IMG/VR virus record: IMGVR_UViG_3300031998_000009
Location: 134,525-198,524 of that record
Length of the DNA: 64,000 bases
Source of the DNA: a virus
Lineage: Duplodnaviria; Caudoviricetes
Direction: 5' to 3' (one strand)
This document shows positions 58,890 through 64,000 of this stretch, piece after piece. The translations under genes and the position numbers were made by a program. The notes beneath the pieces were generated by a model. The model saw only the letters and a list, made by a program, of their open reading frames with translations, searched no databases and was not told the origin of the DNA. Every line of letters begins with the position of its first letter. The stretch's first letter is position 1.

Positions 58890-59549
58890 TTATTTTTCTT
58901 CCAAATATCTGGCATTTGCTACGTTTCTACCCTGTGTAACACCCTCATTATAAGCATTAGTGGCATCTGCTCTATATTTGAAGCTGCTGTTGAGTTGATG
59001 GTGAGATGCATTTTCCATTCTTTCCTTGTATGCCAGTTTAACAGTATCCGGAACTACGAGCTGAAGTGCTGTGCACTGTTTTTCCAATACGGACTTGATA
59101 CCGTCCAGATAGCCCAGAAGGAATGTGTTCTTAACACCCTTTGTCCTATTACCGTGATTGTATTCCTTCATATACCAGTTGTTAGCAAGTCTAATACCAG
59201 TAACAAACAGGAAGTTGAAAACTTCTCTTGCAACGACGGCATTCTTTTTATAACCATAAAACACAATGATTTTTCCACCGTCGTAACAGAACATTGTACA
59301 ACAGAAGTTATTGGCAATAATGTGGGCCAGTTGCAACTTCCACTTATGTCCAGTACCAACTTCGGAAGCACATTCCACAATAGCTTCTGTATTGTCTTCC
59401 TGATGTACTTCATTAGGATCGATATCGTATTTTGCCATAAGTTCCTGTGCTTTAAGTGCTGCGATCATGGCTTCATTTTTAGTAGCACCCTTATCAGATG
59501 CTGTTTTTAACAGTTTAACAATAAGATCCAGTGCTCTTTCCTTTTTCAT
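58890..59549 (-). CDS. DUF2786-domain protein
   Basis: IVKLLKTA.......EA..AALKAQELMAKY; FLLGY; start at MKKERA after AGGAGG. Confidence 0.85.
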   Translation of the reverse strand: MKKERALDLIVKLLKTASDKGATKNEAMIAALKAQELMAKYDIDPNEVHQEDNTEAIVECASEVGTGHKWKLQLAHIIANNFCCTMFCYDGGKIIVFYGYKKNAVVAREVFNFLFVTGIRLANNWYMKEYNHGNRTKGVKNTFLLGYLDGIKSVLEKQCTALQLVVPDTVKLAYKERMENASHHQLNSSFKYRADATNAYNEGVTQGRNVANARYLEEK

Positions 59550-59594
59550 GGTATAACCTCCTACCTTATATATGCTTGTTTTACTTACATATAT

Positions 59595-59704
59595 AGTATA
59601 ACACATTTTGAAGAAAAAGTCAAGAGGTTTTTTTAAATGTTTTTTATTTAACAATAAAAATTGTTGTTTTACTATTGACAAATAGGGAAATCGTGTGTTA
59701 TACT
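59595..59704. promoter_or_regulatory. Divergent pair of sigma-A-type early promoters
   Basis: Minus: TTGACT(59623-59618)-17-TATACT. Plus: TTGACA(59675)-18-TATACT(59699). Confidence 0.8.
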
Positions 59705-59728
59705 ATATATGTGTGGAGGTGTAGTTAT

Positions 59729-60025
59729 ATGACTAAACATAATGAAATCATGCGTATGTTCTTTATTCGTAAAGGATTTGTATCTGATCAAAATTCTGTA
59801 ACATATACCAGAGTAATACCTAGATATACTTTAAGTTTATTTGGTGATTTATTAAGTAAACAGTTTACTTTAATCTGTCCTGATAAGGTTTATAATAACC
59901 AAAATCATTCTTCTTCTGGTAAAAACATAGTAATCAAATATGAATGGCACGATGATACCGATGAAGCAATGTTTAATATTGAAAAGTTAATAGAAGATAC
60001 ATTAAATAAACTAAACGGAGAGTGA
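59729..60025 (+). CDS. Hypothetical early protein
   Basis: GGAGG RBS before ATG at 59729. Confidence 0.6.
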   Translation: MTKHNEIMRMFFIRKGFVSDQNSVTYTRVIPRYTLSLFGDLLSKQFTLICPDKVYNNQNHSSSGKNIVIKYEWHDDTDEAMFNIEKLIEDTLNKLNGE

Positions 60026-60031
60026 TTTAAT

Positions 60032-60370
60032 ATGCTTATTAAGTATTTTGACCCAGAAACAGGTAACGAGAATATAGATTATATAGATTCAGTTTCCTAT
60101 AAATTCGATAAAGATAAAAATATAGGTGAAATTACATTTATTATTTCTATTTCTGGATATAAAATTGTTATGGGTAACCTTTCAAAAGAAGCTGGAGAAA
60201 TAGTTATGAATAAACTATTTACAGATGAGAAAGTAGATGTTTCTATTGTAGATTGTTGTTTATTTAAACTTAATCTTGAAGATCCAGATAGAACAGCAAC
60301 TATTGCTATTAACCTGGATGGTTATTTAGGTGATTTCCATTATCCGGATGATGATGATTGTTATGAATAA
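60032..60370 (+). CDS. Hypothetical acidic early protein
   Basis: ORF coupled to the upstream gene. Confidence 0.6.
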   Translation: MLIKYFDPETGNENIDYIDSVSYKFDKDKNIGEITFIISISGYKIVMGNLSKEAGEIVMNKLFTDEKVDVSIVDCCLFKLNLEDPDRTATIAINLDGYLGDFHYPDDDDCYE

Positions 60371-60408
60371 AAAATAGAGGATACTATTTCTAGTATCCTC
60401 TATTTTTA
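60369..60408. terminator. Bidirectional terminator
   Basis: AAAAATAGAGGATACTA/TAGTATCCTCTATTTTT. Confidence 0.85.
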
Positions 60409-60415
60409 TATAATT

Positions 60416-61336
60416 TTATTTTTTGTAGCTTTTCAATGAATTTCTAGTAGCAGGACCACATTTACCGTCAACATCAAGTTCATTTTTGAATTGGTATGCT
60501 AATAACCCACCAAGAGTAATATTTCCAAACACACCGTCTATCTTTGAATCAAAGAAACCATAATCTGTAAGATACCATTGTAACCACTTCACAGAATCAC
60601 CTGTATCTCCTTCTTTAACAGTAGTTGTAGGTTCTGGATAAGGATTTGTTTTAGCAGGTTCTGGAGTAGGTGTTTTGGTAAATCCATTCATACCCTTTTC
60701 TTTTATTTTAGTAGGATAGTCTACATAACAATAATCCATGTCACATTCACCCGGAACACCCGGAACAGATTTAGCACCTGTTGGATTATTTCCTGATTTT
60801 GCTCCGGCAACACCAAATTGCCATATACCATATTGTCCAGTATATTTAGGTGTCTTTAAGTATTGTGCTAACCAAAAGGCATACCTTGTTCTAATAGTTT
60901 CTGTTAGATACTGCGTGGCTAATTCCTGTCCACCATAAATACCACAATAGTATCCGGCATTTTCTAATGCATTGCAGAATGTGGTGGCGATGTTAGATAC
61001 ATTAGTTCTTCCTGTATTTAATGTTTTTCTTTCTTCAATATCATACCATATTGGCATATCATATTGCTTATCAGCTATAACCTTAATACAGGTATCAGCT
61101 TCTAGCTTAGCATCTTCGACTGTAGTTGCATATGAATACCAATAAGCACCTACTAATAACCCAGCGGCTTTGGCCGCTTTATAGTGTGATTCAAACATAG
61201 TATCTTTCTGTTTTAAAAATTTACCATAACCGGCTCTTAAAATAACAAAATTGTACCCGGCAGCTTTTACTTTGTTAAAGTCAACACTTGTTTGACATGA
61301 ACTAACATCTATACCTTTCCATAAATAATCAGCCAT
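60416..61336 (-). CDS. Endolysin: GH25 muramidase plus peptidoglycan-binding domain
   Basis: GIDVS, GAYWYSYA, YDIE, WLAQY, WQ, DMD; C-terminal VKWLQ..L...G...IDG.FG..T....YQ......DG.CGP.T. Confidence 0.95.
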   Translation of the reverse strand: MADYLWKGIDVSSCQTSVDFNKVKAAGYNFVILRAGYGKFLKQKDTMFESHYKAAKAAGLLVGAYWYSYATTVEDAKLEADTCIKVIADKQYDMPIWYDIEERKTLNTGRTNVSNIATTFCNALENAGYYCGIYGGQELATQYLTETIRTRYAFWLAQYLKTPKYTGQYGIWQFGVAGAKSGNNPTGAKSVPGVPGECDMDYCYVDYPTKIKEKGMNGFTKTPTPEPAKTNPYPEPTTTVKEGDTGDSVKWLQWYLTDYGFFDSKIDGVFGNITLGGLLAYQFKNELDVDGKCGPATRNSLKSYKK

Positions 61337-61510
61337 AATAATACCTCTTTTCTTTATTTAGAATTTTCGTAAACAAACAGAATAACATTAAAGGACTAGA
61401 TCCTTATATAATAGTGTATATCAGAAATGTTTATTTTTTATATATAGATTTATTTATCCTATGTTTTCCGAATTTGAATATAATTAAATCAAAAACATTT
61501 CAAATTCCTA

Positions 61511-61539
61511 TTGACAAACAATCCTTATTGTGTTATACT
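61511..61539 (+). promoter_or_regulatory. Sigma-A-type early promoter
   Basis: TTGACA-17-TATACT, GTGT extension. Confidence 0.8.
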
Positions 61540-61602
61540 ATAAATGTAGTTATATAACTACACATAATAAAATTATTAAAATTTTCAAGGAGGATTATCA
61601 CT

Positions 61603-61866
61603 ATGTCTAAACCGGCTGTTACTAACCAAATGTTTGAGGATGAGCAAGGTCTTATATTTGCTGTAAGAAAAGATTATTTTACTTATGATGAAGCCGTAGA
61701 ACTTGCTAAAGAAAATCTGGAAAAAGATGAAGTAAACATTACAGAAGAATATAAGTATATGTTCTTCGGATTTGGTCAGACTATAGATACGGACGAAAGA
61801 GTTAATGATTGGTGGATTACAGATAGACCTAAAGGTAGATGTAGTTCTATTTGGGCGTTTTGGTGA
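61603..61866 (+). CDS. Hypothetical early protein
   Basis: AGGAGG RBS. Confidence 0.65.
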   Translation: MSKPAVTNQMFEDEQGLIFAVRKDYFTYDEAVELAKENLEKDEVNITEEYKYMFFGFGQTIDTDERVNDWWITDRPKGRCSSIWAFW

Positions 61867-61934
61867 AAGGAGTAACTACTATGAAAACATTGTCCTATTC
61901 CGATATGTTTTGTGTGATTTATAAGAGGTAATAT

Positions 61935-62255
61935 ATGTCAATTAATATAAATATAATTGTTGCAATCATTGTAATAATCTATATCTTGTCTATTCCTGCC
62001 GCATATGCATTCATCAAGTTCGGATTATGTTCTGTTATATACGAAATGATAGATGACATTACAGAGGACGGTAAAAAGCGAATATTCAAATGTTTTCTTC
62101 CTTTAATATTTCGTCCAGTGGCAAACACGTTCATGATGATTATATTTGCATTATGTCCTATTAGAGTTGTGCACAACTATATTTATATGCGCGTAAGAAA
62201 TGACAAAGATTTCATAAATGATATGCATGAAATTGCAAAAAGTCCAGACAAATAA
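61935..62255 (+). CDS. Hypothetical membrane protein
   Basis: Two hydrophobic segments; GAGG RBS. Confidence 0.6.
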   Translation: MSININIIVAIIVIIYILSIPAAYAFIKFGLCSVIYEMIDDITEDGKKRIFKCFLPLIFRPVANTFMMIIFALCPIRVVHNYIYMRVRNDKDFINDMHEIAKSPDK

Positions 62256-62292
62256 ATTCATATACAATCTTCGAGTGCATATGAATTTTGTA

Positions 62293-62395
62293 TTAAAAAC
62301 AACCTTCCGGAAGTTATATTCTAGGAAGGTTGTTTTTAATATATGAGGTTTATAAGACACGGAGAGAGCCAGACAATTAATCCGGCTCTCTTTCT
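62293..62395. terminator. Two convergent terminator hairpins
   Basis: TTAAAAACAACCTTCC/GGAAGGTTGTTTTTAA and GAGAGCC/GGCTCTC. Confidence 0.7.
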
Positions 62396-62396
62396 T

Positions 62397-62495
62397 TCAC
62401 GGTGTAATCGCTTTCGCATGAACCTTAATCTCAAATTCTGATGGAGCAAAGGTAGTATCCACGGAGATTGTTGTGTTTCCGTTATTGTTTGGCAT
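62397..62495 (-). pseudogene. 32-aa remnant duplicating an internal segment of the fibre gene
   Basis: MPNNNGNTTISVDTTFAPSEFEIKVHAKAITP; 23/29 aa identical to the segment at 63635-63721. Confidence 0.75.
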
Positions 62496-64000
62496 TAAAT
62501 CGGCTTATAAACAGGGGAGGCGCCGATGTGCCAAGCCGAGAGGGACGCCGCGGTATACACATTAACATACCGCAAGCCGGAGTAAGCATCGTTGTCACAG
62601 TAACCACCGCGAATGGCGACGCGAACACCAGATTGATTCTGATAGAAATAATCGCAATAGTATGTCGATTGTGTGCCACCAACAACCGTCGGCAAACTTC
62701 CAAACTGTGTAGACACTTCTGTCTTGATGTAGTTGTTCGATGTCGGACACTTCGCAACAGATGTACTGATTGCGGTATATCCTTCTCCGGTGATGTTATA
62801 AGTCGGATGTTCTTTAATCTTATAAATGCCTGCATCAAGAATAAGACCAAGCTCTCTATCCCATCTTTCAGCCCAGAGTGCTTCCATGCCGAAGCACTTG
62901 ACCTGTGAAGTGGTATTAGAATAACCGAAGAACCTTCCCTTGTCATTGAGCGTTCCGCAGTCAAGGAAATCAGTTGCAGAACTTCCGCCAGTAGAATGTC
63001 CTTGACCGAACTTGCCTTGCGTATCAAGTGATTTGCTTATGAGTGTAAGAAGGTCACAAAGCATTTCTTTCGATGTGTAGTCCCAAATCTGCCAACCCGT
63101 ACCAAGTGCCGATGTAGCATCTACTTCCTGCTGTGCGGTTGTGCCTGATTGTGGTTTCACGCCAGAGATAGACCGCAGTTTGTCATCTACGAGAGAACCT
63201 TTGTAGATCGGTAGATAAATATACGGCTTCACAACACCGCTTGCGTCCTCGTGGGCATAGGCGTGGAAATCAGAATCAAGTTGCCGGTCTGAAATCTCGA
63301 TATAGTTATAGCTGGCATCATCTGTGCGCTTGATCCACACAGTCGGAAATGCGATCATTGCGTTCATGTTCTTTGTGGAATCAGCGATGTCAGACGGCGT
63401 TCCATCGAGTTTCTTTGAATAATCATTCGGGTCAAGGTCGTATGCTTCCGTGCCGTCGAAATTGAGCATGACAGGACGAGCGTTCTTGATAAACCAGACA
63501 TTTTCCCACGAACCGTAGTCAAACACACCATTTGTGAAATCCATTCCAGCCGGTGTCATTGTCACCGCATCATGTGTATAGATGACTGCATTAGACGGAT
63601 CTGATACAGACTTATTTATTTTGAAACCGTAATGAATCGGTTTGGCATGAACCTTGATCTCAAACTTCGACGGAGCAAGTGATGTGTCCACAGAAATAGT
63701 GGTGTTCCCGTCATTAGTTGGAAGTATTACTCCTGCCTGATCGGAAGTTAATGTGTCTGCGTATGTGCCGATTCTGGCTAAAGGTTCGTTTACGATTGCG
63801 GTTTGTGGTGTTGCGAGGACATACCACACCGTCACCGGAGTGCCGGCGGCGTATTGGTCGGTTAACCATTGCTTGAATGCCGCCAAAGATGCGAAACCCT
63901 TTGCACTCACCCGTAATGCCCCGGTTTCCCCGATGTCATACTGTCCCTCGGTGTATCGGCTGCCATATACAAGATGCGAGCAAAGCGATCCTGCTGTAGT
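62495..64000 (-). CDS. Tail fibre / receptor-binding protein with C-terminal CLec-type DGR variable region (5' end off window)
   Basis: Frame open to 64000; FGMEALWAERW and RVAIRGGYC.N....G......Y...S...W.IGAS, typical of Mtd-like DGR targets; higher GC than the rest of the window. Confidence 0.8.
   Translation of the reverse strand, partial: TTAGSLCSHLVYGSRYTEGQYDIGETGALRVSAKGFASLAAFKQWLTDQYAAGTPVTVWYVLATPQTAIVNEPLARIGTYADTLTSDQAGVILPTNDGNTTISVDTSLAPSKFEIKVHAKPIHYGFKINKSVSDPSNAVIYTHDAVTMTPAGMDFTNGVFDYGSWENVWFIKNARPVMLNFDGTEAYDLDPNDYSKKLDGTPSDIADSTKNMNAMIAFPTVWIKRTDDASYNYIEISDRQLDSDFHAYAHEDASGVVKPYIYLPIYKGSLVDDKLRSISGVKPQSGTTAQQEVDATSALGTGWQIWDYTSKEMLCDLLTLISKSLDTQGKFGQGHSTGGSSATDFLDCGTLNDKGRFFGYSNTTSQVKCFGMEALWAERWDRELGLILDAGIYKIKEHPTYNITGEGYTAISTSVAKCPTSNNYIKTEVSTQFGSLPTVVGGTQSTYYCDYFYQNQSGVRVAIRGGYCDNDAYSGLRYVNVYTAASLSAWHIGASPVYKPI

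Noticed and set aside
59550-59728. N-terminal extensions of ORFs 58890..59681 and 59675..60025
   Set aside because: They run through the divergent promoters; RBS-supported starts are at 59549 and 59729.
62397-62495. Downstream repeat as the DGR template repeat
   Set aside because: It matches an internal segment rather than the C-terminal VR, and many mismatches are at non-adenine, synonymous positions.
1-64000. CRISPR arrays, tRNA genes, integrase or transposase
   Set aside because: None recognised by eye; tRNAscan-SE and a CRISPR finder would be needed to exclude them formally.

Overview
A 64-kb segment of an AT-rich (about 30% GC by eye) T4-like contractile-tailed phage. The host is probably a Firmicute/clostridial anaerobe, judging from AGGAGG-type RBSs, sigma-A-type promoters and an NrdG-like gene. 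Nearly all genes are on the minus strand. Left to right: replication/early genes (two wHTH replisome-organiser paralogs, SNF2 helicase, DUF932); an AT-rich origin-like element; a full tail/baseplate module (fibres, gp6/gp25/gp5/gp27/gp53-like proteins, tape measure, chaperones, tube, sheath); neck and head genes (major capsid gene split by a 409-nt group I intron, gp21-like protease fused to a scaffold, portal, terminase); a 15-kb array of small accessory proteins; holins; a second copy of the origin-like element; early modules; a GH25 endolysin; and the 3' part of a GC-richer fibre gene ending in a DGR-type variable region. Highlights: (1) the capsid intron encodes an in-frame ssrA-like tag (TDDYAVAA-stop) that would mark the unspliced, truncated capsid protein for degradation; (2) about 15 accessory proteins share an N-terminal M-x-K/R-L-x-(I/V)-x-E peptide that matches the prohead-protease cleavage motif, suggesting a large capsid-packaged cargo array with ART-like, Dps-like, methyltransferase and RelB/DinJ antitoxin-mimic domains; (3) a duplicated origin-like element, a kissing-loop attenuator leader, a probable tail-chaperone frameshift and a swapped-in fibre tip. 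All family assignments come from motif recognition by eye; no searches were run.
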